This document shows positions 35,973-43,991 of a DNA stretch of 46,830 nt, piece after piece. The notes under the pieces are model-generated. The model was not told where the DNA came from. It made no database searches and was given only the letters and a program-made list of their open reading frames with translations. How positions within the stretch are numbered: position 1 is the stretch's first letter; each line of letters starts with the position of its first letter. The stretch spans positions 1 through 46,830 of the forward strand of contig CAZMOR010000323.1 of NCBI GenBank assembly GCA_964567795.1. The letters are read 5' to 3'. The stretch comes from an uncultured Verrucomicrobiota bacterium (GTDB lineage Bacteria; Verrucomicrobiota; Kiritimatiellia; CAIQIC01; Lenti-01). Position numbers and translations under genes: made by a program.

Positions 35973-37867
35973 GTCTTGAAGCCATCTTGAAATATCCCGC
36001 GGTGTTCCTGGCGGGGATGCTCGCGGCGTTGCTGTTGACTCCGCTGTGGCGCCGGCTGGCGGCGGCCTGGGGGTTCATGGACCGGCCCGATCCGCGCAAG
36101 ATTCACCGTACACCGGTTCCGCGCGGCGGCGGCCTGACGGTTTTCATCGGGTTCCACATGGCCTGCGCCGTTGTTTTCCTGGTTCCGTGGAAGCCCTTTG
36201 CCGGCCAGCTTTCCATTGACTGGTGGTTCCGTTTCCTGCCCTTGAGTGCGGGCGTGGTGCTGCTGGGGCTGCTGGACGACCGGTTGAATCTCAAGCCGAT
36301 GGTGAAACTGGCCGGGCAGGTGGTGCTGGGGGCCGCGGCCTTCCGTGCGGGAATCCACCTGCAGAACATCCTGGGTTTTGCCTTCCCGGAATGGGTGGAT
36401 GCGCTGGCCACCGTGATCTGGTTCGTGGCCTTGATGAACGCCTTCAACCTCATCGACGGGGTGGACGGCCTGGCGACGGGAATTGCGCTGATTGCCGCCA
36501 CCGGCATCGGCCTGTCGCTGGTCTTCCGCGGCGCGCCGGGCGATGTGCTGCTGTTCATGGGCCTGGCCGGAGCCTGCCTGGGATTCCTGCGGTACAATTT
36601 CTATCCCGCCAGCGTGTTCCTGGGCGATACCGGCAGCCTGTTTCTGGGCTTCACCCTCGCCGCGCTATCGATCTCCACGAATTCGAAAGCCTCGTTCATG
36701 GCGGGCATCGGCGTGCCGATGTTGGCGGCGGGCGTGCCTTTGTTCGACACGCTTTTGGCGGTGTGGCGGCGTTCCATGCGCCGGGTGCTGAGCCGGGCGT
36801 CCGGCCAGGGCCCCGGACCCGGACTGGATACCGCCGATGCCGACCACCTGCACCACCGCCTGCTGCGGCAGGGGCGGGGCCAGGGACAAGTGGCGGTGCT
36901 CTTGTACGGCGCCACGCTGGTGCTGGTGCTGATCGGCCTGCTGGCCAGCATCTTCCATGATCGGGCCCTGGGCATTCTAGTGCTGGCCTTCCTGCTGGCG
37001 GCCTTCACCGTTGTCCAGCATCTCGTGGACATTGAACTGCGTGAAAGCGGGCGGGTCGTGCTGCAAGGGCTTTCGCGACCGGTGCGCCGCAACCGCACGC
37101 TGCTGTTTTACATTGCCGGCGACCTTGTGATTTTGAATGCCGCCTTGCTGGTGGTCCAGATGCTGCTGGATGTGCAGGACGGCACGCTGGATCAGGCGTT
37201 GAAAGCGGCCTGGCTCCGTTGGGCGCCGACGGACGTGGTCATCCCGTTCCTGGCGCTGCTGGTGTTCAGGTCCTATTCGCGGGTCTGGTACCTTGCACGC
37301 ATTTCGGAGTATTCGGCGACCGGCATGGCCGTGGTGCTGGGCTATGCCGTGGCGTGCGGCGTGCACCTGCTGGGCGTGGCCGGCCGGCCGCAGGAATTCG
37401 CGCTGGTCCTGCGGTACCTGCTGCTTTCCGGTTCGGCGGCGCCGGCCGTGGTGCTGACCCGCGCCGCCCTCCGGGTGGTGCAGGATTTCATGCAATGGCG
37501 GGTGCGCGAAACCAGTTCCGGGGCGGCGCCGGTGCGGGCGCTGGTTTGCGGGGCGGGCTATCGCACCACGCTGTTCCTGCGCCAGATCACCTATCGCTAC
37601 CGGGACCAGACGCCGGTGGAAATCCTGGGCCTGGTCAGCGACGATGCTGCCATCATCGGGCATGAAGTCCACGGGATCCGGGTGGTCGGCACCTGCCGCG
37701 AACTGCCCGCGCTGGTCGCCCAACTGGGCGTCGATGTCCTCTATGCGGTGGAATCCACTTCCGCGGCCGAGCTCGCGCGCCTGCAGGATCTGCTGCGCGG
37801 CCTGCCGGTGCGCTTGATCCGGTGGGATATCGTCGAGACGGAGGTCGCGCCGGCGGTCCATGCGTAA
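35969..37867 (+). CDS. WecA/MraY-family polyprenyl-phosphate N-acetylhexosamine-1-phosphate transferase fused to a C-terminal TM + Rossmann-like module
   Basis: NAFNLIDGVDGLATG and FLGDTGSLFLGF are PNPT motifs. The extra ~300 C-terminal aa contain TM segments and then ALVCGAGYRTTLFLRQI...ILGLVSDD...GHEVHGIRVVGTCRELPALV...VDVLYAV, which resembles the N-terminal accessory module of WbaP-type transferases. ATGA overlap at 35969. Confidence 0.85.
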   Translation: MSLEAILKYPAVFLAGMLAALLLTPLWRRLAAAWGFMDRPDPRKIHRTPVPRGGGLTVFIGFHMACAVVFLVPWKPFAGQLSIDWWFRFLPLSAGVVLLGLLDDRLNLKPMVKLAGQVVLGAAAFRAGIHLQNILGFAFPEWVDALATVIWFVALMNAFNLIDGVDGLATGIALIAATGIGLSLVFRGAPGDVLLFMGLAGACLGFLRYNFYPASVFLGDTGSLFLGFTLAALSISTNSKASFMAGIGVPMLAAGVPLFDTLLAVWRRSMRRVLSRASGQGPGPGLDTADADHLHHRLLRQGRGQGQVAVLLYGATLVLVLIGLLASIFHDRALGILVLAFLLAAFTVVQHLVDIELRESGRVVLQGLSRPVRRNRTLLFYIAGDLVILNAALLVVQMLLDVQDGTLDQALKAAWLRWAPTDVVIPFLALLVFRSYSRVWYLARISEYSATGMAVVLGYAVACGVHLLGVAGRPQEFALVLRYLLLSGSAAPAVVLTRAALRVVQDFMQWRVRETSSGAAPVRALVCGAGYRTTLFLRQITYRYRDQTPVEILGLVSDDAAIIGHEVHGIRVVGTCRELPALVAQLGVDVLYAVESTSAAELARLQDLLRGLPVRLIRWDIVETEVAPAVHA

Positions 37868-38981
37868 GCTGCTGGTCAACGCGCTGTCGGTCACCAATCC
37901 CAGTGGCCGGCACGTTCTGGCGGGGCACCTGAAGCAAGTGGCGGAGGCCCTGGCCGGGCGTTTGCGCCTGGCCGTCCTGTGCCGGGCGGACATGGCGGAA
38001 CTGCAGCACGGACTGGGCGACCGCGTGGATTGGGTTTGGGCCCCGCCGGCCACCCGGGGCTGGTTCTGCCGGGCCGCGTGGGAGCGGACGCATTTGCGCC
38101 GCCTGGCCCGGAGCCTGGGCGCCACGGCCTATTTTACCCCCAGCGGCATTGCGGCGCCGGAGTTGGACCTGCCCCAGATTGTTTTCTGCCAGAATCCCTG
38201 GGCGTTGGTCCCGGCGGCCCGGCGCCGGCGGGATGCCGTCAAGGCGTGGCTCCAGTGCCGCGCCTACCGGCGCGCCATGCGCACGGCCACCGTCATGGTT
38301 TTCAATTCGCGCTACATGCAGGACGCGTATCGCCGGAACGCCGGATTTTCCGAAAAGCGCGGGTTGGTGGTCTATCAAGCGGCGGAAGAAACCGCGGACC
38401 AGCCGGGTCCGGATGTCCCGGACAATCCGCGCCGGCCCGGCCAGATCCTGTGCGTGTCGGTGATGGGGCCGCATAAAAACGTGGAAACGCTGGTGCGGGC
38501 CCTGGCGGTCGTGCGGGCGGCCCGGCCCGAGGTGCGCCTGGTCCTGGCCGGTTCCTGGCCGGATGCCGCCTATGCGCGCCGGATCCGCGCGCTGGTGGCG
38601 CAGCTCTCCCTGTCGGCCGCCGTGGATTTCACGGGTTTCATTCCGCGCGCCCGCCTGGAGCAATTGTACGCCGAGTCCCAGGTGTTCTGCCTGATGAGCC
38701 GGTGCGAGTCGTTCGGCCTGCCAGCCATCGACGCCCAGCGCCGCGGCGTGCCGGTGATCAGCTCGAATGTCTGCGCGATTCCCGAGGTCTGCGGCGCGGG
38801 CGGGCGTTACGTGGATCCCGATGACGTGTCCGGCGTGGCGGCCGCCCTGCAGGACCTGCTTTCCGACCGTGCCGAATGGCAGCGCCTTTCAAGCCTGGCG
38901 CGCCGCAATGCCGCGCGGTTCACCTGGCCGCAGGTTTCCCGGCCGCTGGTCGATCTGCTGGCGGAACTGGCGGCACCATGA
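37860..38981 (+). CDS. Glycosyltransferase family 4
   Basis: ILCVSVMGPHKNVETLV...VFCLMSRCESFGLPAIDAQRRGVPVISS. The start overlaps the upstream gene by 8 nt. Confidence 0.8.
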   Translation: MRKLLVNALSVTNPSGRHVLAGHLKQVAEALAGRLRLAVLCRADMAELQHGLGDRVDWVWAPPATRGWFCRAAWERTHLRRLARSLGATAYFTPSGIAAPELDLPQIVFCQNPWALVPAARRRRDAVKAWLQCRAYRRAMRTATVMVFNSRYMQDAYRRNAGFSEKRGLVVYQAAEETADQPGPDVPDNPRRPGQILCVSVMGPHKNVETLVRALAVVRAARPEVRLVLAGSWPDAAYARRIRALVAQLSLSAAVDFTGFIPRARLEQLYAESQVFCLMSRCESFGLPAIDAQRRGVPVISSNVCAIPEVCGAGGRYVDPDDVSGVAAALQDLLSDRAEWQRLSSLARRNAARFTWPQVSRPLVDLLAELAAP

Positions 38982-39967
38982 GCGAACCGGCCGGCCGGCT
39001 GGAGGGCTTTGATCTGCTGCGTGCCGCGGCGATCCTGGGCGTGGTCTGGATTCATGGTTGCGACACCAGCGCCTGGGCGTTTCGCATGTCGCGGTTGGCC
39101 GCCCCCGCCGTGCCGATTTTCATTCTCATCAGTTTTTATCTCCTGCAGCGTTCGATCCTGCGGAACCCGGAGGCGGGCGGCGGACAGCTTTTGCGCCGCC
39201 GCTTGATGCGCCTGGTGCCGCCGTATGCCATTTGGAGCGCCGTCTATCTGGTCGTGCGCATGCTGCGCCACCGGCTGCTGCCGGCGGCGCACGGCGCGGA
39301 CGGTTTTGATCTGGTTTCCGTCCTGTGGCTGGGCGGCGCCTCGTATCAGCTTTACTTCATTGCCGCGCTGATCTACTGGAGCCTGCTGGCCCTGCCGGTG
39401 GCGCTGTGGTTGGGGCGGACCGCCCGGCTTCGGCGGCCCGGCGCCGCGGTTCTGGCGGCCAGCGGCGCCGTCCTGCTGGGCGCCGGCCGCTGGCTGCTGC
39501 CGCAGGTGCAGATCGCGCCTGAACACAGCCTGCTGGCGCATGCCCTGCTGTTGAGCGGTTATGTGCCGCTGGGCCTGGCGGCCGCCCTGTGCCCGGGACC
39601 GGATTTCTCCGGTCCGGTCCGCTGGAAGTTGCAAGCCGCCCTGATCACGATCGCCGCGGGTTTGTGCCTGGTTCATCCCCGCTGGGGCTGGCCGGTGTTC
39701 CTGGCGGTGACCTTGTTCGCGTGGGGCCTGGTCTATCGCGGGGCGCCCATGCCGGCCTGGATCCGGCGCGTATCCCTCCTCAGCTACGGCATCTATTTCG
39801 TGCACGGGTTCTTCGTGGAGGGCTTCCAAACCGTTGCCTTGCGCCTGGGTTGGCCGCTGGATTCGGCCGGCGCGGCCATGGGCGTCATCGGCCTGGCCTT
39901 TGCCGCGAGCTGGGGGGCGTGCGAAATCCTCTACCGCGTTCCGCGCGCGCGCTTCCTGGTTTCCTAG
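38978..39967 (+). CDS. Acyltransferase family 3 (OafA-like membrane O-acyltransferase)
   Basis: RLEGFDLLRAAAILGVVWIHG and about 10 hydrophobic segments. ATGA overlap at 38978. Confidence 0.8.
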   Translation: MSEPAGRLEGFDLLRAAAILGVVWIHGCDTSAWAFRMSRLAAPAVPIFILISFYLLQRSILRNPEAGGGQLLRRRLMRLVPPYAIWSAVYLVVRMLRHRLLPAAHGADGFDLVSVLWLGGASYQLYFIAALIYWSLLALPVALWLGRTARLRRPGAAVLAASGAVLLGAGRWLLPQVQIAPEHSLLAHALLLSGYVPLGLAAALCPGPDFSGPVRWKLQAALITIAAGLCLVHPRWGWPVFLAVTLFAWGLVYRGAPMPAWIRRVSLLSYGIYFVHGFFVEGFQTVALRLGWPLDSAGAAMGVIGLAFAASWGACEILYRVPRARFLVS

Positions 39968-39985
39968 CCCGCCGTCCCGGCGCGG

Positions 39986-41089
39986 TCAGCGCTTCCAGCG
40001 GTATCCGGTGCCGTACAACCCGGCGCGCAGCGGACGCAGGAACCAATACAAGCCGCGCAGGGAAGGCGGCAGGGAAATCCACCGGAAATCGCCGTCGCCG
40101 GGCGTGAGCCACCGGCGGGCGCGATAATACAGGATTTCGCGGCGGACCATGAACTGTTCGTGGAACCGGCGCAGTTCCGGGCCGTTCAACGGCCGGGCGG
40201 TGCCCGCGAGCAGTTGGCTGGCCTCGGTCATCCAGGACCGCGGGGCCGGAGGCAGCGGCTCGCGGGTGAGACCCGGTCCGAAAATTTCATTCGCCACGCC
40301 GCAGCCGGCGGCCAGGGCTTGTTCCGCGAACGGGCAGCGCGCCGCCAGCGCCTGGGCGTCCGGCAGGCTGTCCGGATGGCGGACCAGCAGGCCGGCGATA
40401 TCCACCACCCAGGCCAGGCGGGCCCAGCCGTGCCAGGCCGCGTGCAGGCAGCCCAGCAGCAGGTGCAGGGCCGGAGTGGGGGCCCGCACCACGGCCGCAT
40501 CCAGCGTTTGCCCGGCAAAACCGTGTTGCCAGCTCCGGTTGCACAGGCAGGGCCACGGGTAGTGCGGCGGGAAGAAGCGGTGGTTCACCTCCACCATGAA
40601 ACCGGCGGGATGCAGGAACGTGACGCCCCAGCCGTAATGCCACAAATGGGCCACCCGCCGCGGATCCTCGGCCTCGGGCAGATAACCTTCGCTTTTCAGG
40701 ATGGCCGCGAGTTCCGGAAAATCCCCGGGCCGGCACAGGAAATCGAGATCGTCAAAACTGCGCAGTCCCGGTTCGGGCCAGGCTTGCACCGCCAGCGCGG
40801 GACCTTTCACCTGTGCCAGGAACTGCACGTGCGGCGCCAGGCGCGCATGCAGCCGTTCGGCCTCCTGCGTCAGCCGCGACGAATGATGCGCCTGGCCATA
40901 GACGGCCGCGAGACTGGCGGCGCCGGCTTCGGGAATACCTGCCTGCAGGAGTCCCAGCACGCGGTGCCGCCGGGTCCAGGCCATCAGCCGTTCGCGGGAC
41001 TCATGCGGCGGGCGCTGCAATTCACCGGCCGGCGGCAAGCCGTGCAGCTTGCGGAATGCCTGGCGGCAGAATGGCAGGAAGTCGTCCAT
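39986..41089 (-). CDS. Uncharacterised nucleotidyltransferase-family protein (NTP_transf_5-like)
   Basis: FDDLDFLCRPGDFPELAAILKSEGYLPE...HLWHYGW...VEVNHRFFP is the pattern I associate with PF14907-type proteins. I chose the ATG at 41089 (MDDFLPF...); the ORF in the track extends to 41131. It is convergent with the acyltransferase gene, with an 18-nt gap. Confidence 0.7.
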   Translation of the reverse strand: MDDFLPFCRQAFRKLHGLPPAGELQRPPHESRERLMAWTRRHRVLGLLQAGIPEAGAASLAAVYGQAHHSSRLTQEAERLHARLAPHVQFLAQVKGPALAVQAWPEPGLRSFDDLDFLCRPGDFPELAAILKSEGYLPEAEDPRRVAHLWHYGWGVTFLHPAGFMVEVNHRFFPPHYPWPCLCNRSWQHGFAGQTLDAAVVRAPTPALHLLLGCLHAAWHGWARLAWVVDIAGLLVRHPDSLPDAQALAARCPFAEQALAAGCGVANEIFGPGLTREPLPPAPRSWMTEASQLLAGTARPLNGPELRRFHEQFMVRREILYYRARRWLTPGDGDFRWISLPPSLRGLYWFLRPLRAGLYGTGYRWKR

Positions 41090-41223
41090 TAAAGCGCTTG
41101 TGCCCGGGTTGCCGGGCGGCGTCAATCCCAAAGACGCTTATTGTCTATCGCAAGACCTTACTCGCTGGCGCGGCCGGCCGGCGGCCCCCATGCGGGGGCT
41201 CGTGGCTCATGCTCCAACGCCGG

Positions 41224-41279
41224 TTTTTCCACACAATGGAAAAACTTTCAGGAATTTTTCCACACAATGGAAAAACTTT
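41224..41279 (+). repeat. Perfect 25-nt direct repeat (two copies, 31-bp period)
   Basis: tttttccacacaatggaaaaacttt occurs at 41224-41248 and again at 41255-41279, separated by caggaa. Confidence 0.9.
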
Positions 41280-41326
41280 GATGTTTTTTCCATAGTGTGG
41301 AAAAAAGTTTTCCACAGTGTGGAAAA
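41224..41326. promoter_or_regulatory. Array of DnaA-box-like 9-mers (TTTTCCACA) organised as four palindromic units
   Basis: Perfect TTTTCCACA occurs at 41225-41233 (+), 41256-41264 (+), 41296-41304 (-), 41308-41316 (+) and 41318-41326 (-). Degenerate copies are at 41235-41243 (-, TTTTCCATT), 41266-41274 (-, TTTTCCATT) and 41286-41294 (+, TTTTCCATA). The units are centred near 41234, 41265, 41295 and 41317, giving spacings of 31, 30 and 22 bp. Unit 4 (41308-41326) is a perfect 19-bp palindrome, TTTTCCACAgTGTGGAAAA. The array lies in the divergent intergenic region between the NTase gene and mnmA. Confidence 0.6.
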
Positions 41327-41404
41327 ATGATGAGCCGCGATTCCCCGCACGGGGGCAAAGAAAAGTGGCGGGGGGCGGCCGGGCGGGGTAGACTGCCCGG
41401 CGAC

Positions 41405-42508
41405 ATGTCTGGGAAGCAACAGAGCGTGGCGATCGGCCTGAGCGGCGGCGTGGATTCGAGCGTCGCCGCCTGGCTGCTCAAGCGCGACGGCTGGCGGGTG
41501 ACCGGCCTGACGATGAGCATCTGGGACGGCTCCGTGCCGATTCCGGACCTGGGCATTTCGGGCTGTTTCGGGCCGGGGGAGGCGCGGGACCTGGAGGCGG
41601 CGCAGAACATCGCGGCGCGGATCGGGATCGAGCACAGCGTGGTGCCGCTGGCGGAGGAATACAAGCAGACGGTGCTGGAATATTTCCGGGCGGAGTATCT
41701 CGCGGGACGCACGCCGAACCCCTGCGTGCGCTGCAACCAGCGGATGAAGTTCGGCTTCCTGCTGGAGCAGGCGCGGAAGCTGGGCGTCGAGTTCGAGAAG
41801 TTCGCCACGGGCCACTATGCGCGGGTGCGGTTCGACGAAGCGAGCGGTCGCTGGCAGCTGTTGCGGGGCCGGGACGCGGAAAAGGATCAGTCGTATTTCC
41901 TGTCGCGGCTGAAGCAGGCGCAGCTGGCGCTGCTGGTGTTCCCGCTGGGCGAGCTGCGCAAGGGGGAGGTCAAGCAGCTCGCGCGCGAACTGGGCTGGGA
42001 CGATTTGGCGGAAAAAGACGAGAGCCAGGATTTCATCGAGTGCGACGATTACTCGGTGCTGTTCCGGCCGGGGGACGCGCAGCCGGGCGAATTCGTGACG
42101 CGGGCGGGAAAGGTGCTGGGGAAGCACCGGGGCATCATTCACTACACGATCGGGCAGCGGCAGGGACTTGGCCTGGGCGGCGGCGGCACGCCGTGGTATG
42201 TGCTGGAGATCGATGCGCCGCGCAACCGCGTGGTGGTGGGGACGCGGGAGGAGCTGTACACGCGCGAACTGGCGGCGGGCGACTTGAACTGGGTGGCGCT
42301 GGGGGAACCGCCGGCCGGGCCGCTGCGGTGCCAGGTGCAGATCCGCCAGCGGCACAAGGCCGCGGCGGCGACCGTGACGGCCGCGCCGGGCGGCCGGCTC
42401 CAGGCCGTGTTCGACGAACCGCAGCTTTCCGTGACGCCGGGTCAGGTGTCGGTGTTCTACGACGGCGACGTGGTTTTGGCGTCGGGAACCATCGAAAAAC
42501 CCCTGTGA
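41405..42508 (+). CDS. mnmA: tRNA 2-thiouridine(34) synthase
   Basis: MSGKQQSVAIGLSGGVDSSVAAWLL is a PP-loop. RTPNPCVRCNQRMKFGFLLE, DQSYFL and GQRQGLGLGGG are also present. I chose the ATG at 41405; the ORF-track start at 41297 lies inside the repeat array. Confidence 0.9.
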   Translation: MSGKQQSVAIGLSGGVDSSVAAWLLKRDGWRVTGLTMSIWDGSVPIPDLGISGCFGPGEARDLEAAQNIAARIGIEHSVVPLAEEYKQTVLEYFRAEYLAGRTPNPCVRCNQRMKFGFLLEQARKLGVEFEKFATGHYARVRFDEASGRWQLLRGRDAEKDQSYFLSRLKQAQLALLVFPLGELRKGEVKQLARELGWDDLAEKDESQDFIECDDYSVLFRPGDAQPGEFVTRAGKVLGKHRGIIHYTIGQRQGLGLGGGGTPWYVLEIDAPRNRVVVGTREELYTRELAAGDLNWVALGEPPAGPLRCQVQIRQRHKAAAATVTAAPGGRLQAVFDEPQLSVTPGQVSVFYDGDVVLASGTIEKPL

Positions 42509-42533
42509 ATATGAGTGCGGCGGGGGCCGGGAT

Positions 42534-43991
42534 ATGCTAGAAAACGGGCCCATGGAGTCGTTTTCGCTTAAAAACCGGAATCTGATCGAACAAGCGGTGG
42601 GCATTGCCCTGGTGGCGCTGCTGGTCTTCTTCTGCCTGCTCGTCCTGAAGCCGTTCGTGTCGGCCATCCTGTGGGCGGCGATCCTGGTGTTTGCCTCGTG
42701 GCCGGTGTTCGGATTCGTGAAGCGGCGGCTGGCGGGAGGCCACGCCGCGGCGGCTTCGGGACTGATGACGCTGCTGTGGGCCCTGCTGCTGGCGGTGCCG
42801 CTGTGGATGCTGGCGAAGTCGTCGCTGGACATGGCCGCCTGGGGCCTGGAACGCCTGCGCGACTTGCGCGAAACGGGCATTCCCAAGCTGGTGGCGGCGC
42901 TGCAGGCGCATCCGTTTTTCGGCGATTACGCCGATCCGGTGCGGGCGGCGCTGGGCGAGATTTTCAGCGACACGGAGCGCCTGACGCGCTGGGGGGCGGA
43001 TGCCTCGAAGGTGAGCGCGGCGTGGCTGGTGAAGCGCGGCGTAAGCCTCGGCTACGGCCTGTTCCAGGTCTGTTTCAGCCTGGTGTTCATGTTCTTCTTC
43101 TACCTGCAGGGCGAGGCGCTGGCCGACCGGACGAGCGCGCTGATGGAGCGGGTGGCGGGGCCGTTCATGGCGCGGCTGCGGCACCGGATCGCGCTGACGC
43201 TGAACACGGTAGTGCGCGGCACGGTCGGCACGGCCTTCGTGCAGGCCTTGGCGGCGGCGGCGGGCTTCGCCCTGTTCCAAGTGCCGAACGCGGGGTTGTT
43301 CGCGGTGCTGACGTTCGTGCTGGGGCTGCTGCCGATGGGGCCGCCGCTGCTGTGGGTGCCGGTGGGCCTGTGGCTGCTGTCGAACGGACGCATGGGCGAT
43401 GGCATCGGAATGCTGGCCTACGGCGGCGTGGTGATCAGCGGCATCGACAACGTGGTCCGGCCGATCCTGATCGCCGGTTCGGTGGATTTCGGCGCGGTGC
43501 TGCGGCGGCGCCGGGCGCTGGCGACAGGCGTGGTCACTGGCGTGCTGGTCGGCGCGGGCTTCGCGTTTGCGGGCCTGCCGTGGGGCCTGGGCGTGATCGT
43601 GGCCGCGGCGGTGGGGCTGACACCCTTTGCCACCGCCGGCGTGGTGGCGTTCCTGGGCGGCGCCATCTGGCTGTTCGCGACCGGGGAATTGATCGACGGC
43701 GTCTGGCTGATCCTGTTCGCCCTCGGGCTGATGGTGGCGACGCCGGTGCTGGCGACGCTGGTCCGGCGCTGGGTGCCGGAGGCGCCACGGCCGGCGGCGG
43801 CGGTCCGGCCGGCCGAGGAAGGCGTGCCGTTCGTCCTGATGGTCGTCGGCGTGGCGGGCGGCATGCTGGCGTTCGGATTCATCGGGCTGTTCCTGGGGCC
43901 GGTGCTGCTGGCGCTGGGATATGACCTGGTGCGCGAACTGGCGCAAGGCGCGGCGGAGGAGGCGGGGGCGCAGGAAAGGCGGAAGCCATGA
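42534..43991 (+). CDS. AI-2E family transporter (UPF0118/PerM-like) with an internal ~105-aa hydrophobic insertion
   Basis: Characteristic segments are FVLGLLPMGPPLLWVPVGLWLL, GIDNVVRPILIAGS and the terminal VPFVLMVVGVAGGMLAFGFIGLFLGPVLLAL. The start could be 42534 or 42552. Confidence 0.75.
   Translation: MLENGPMESFSLKNRNLIEQAVGIALVALLVFFCLLVLKPFVSAILWAAILVFASWPVFGFVKRRLAGGHAAAASGLMTLLWALLLAVPLWMLAKSSLDMAAWGLERLRDLRETGIPKLVAALQAHPFFGDYADPVRAALGEIFSDTERLTRWGADASKVSAAWLVKRGVSLGYGLFQVCFSLVFMFFFYLQGEALADRTSALMERVAGPFMARLRHRIALTLNTVVRGTVGTAFVQALAAAAGFALFQVPNAGLFAVLTFVLGLLPMGPPLLWVPVGLWLLSNGRMGDGIGMLAYGGVVISGIDNVVRPILIAGSVDFGAVLRRRRALATGVVTGVLVGAGFAFAGLPWGLGVIVAAAVGLTPFATAGVVAFLGGAIWLFATGELIDGVWLILFALGLMVATPVLATLVRRWVPEAPRPAAAVRPAEEGVPFVLMVVGVAGGMLAFGFIGLFLGPVLLALGYDLVRELAQGAAEEAGAQERRKP

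Noticed and set aside
41184-41199. GC-rich hairpin GCCCCC-atgc-GGGGGC upstream of the box array
   Set aside because: The stem is perfect and 6 bp long, but no T-tract follows directly, and the hairpin is on the 5-prime side of both divergent genes. No supported function can be assigned.
41224-41326. CRISPR array or coding sequence across the repeated 25-nt units (ORF-track peptides such as FFHTMEKLSGIFPHNGK)
   Set aside because: There are only two direct copies separated by 6 nt, plus inverted variants. There are no spacers of CRISPR length and no cas genes. The ORFs across the region simply translate the palindromes.
41090-41404. Chromosomal replication origin (oriC)
   Set aside because: This is not excluded, but I did not call it. 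There is no dnaA or dnaN nearby, and the AT-rich segment is only about 110 bp with no clear separate unwinding element. About 40 kb of genes to the left are oriented toward the site rather than away from it. It is kept as a DnaA-box-like regulatory array pending genome-wide GC-skew analysis.
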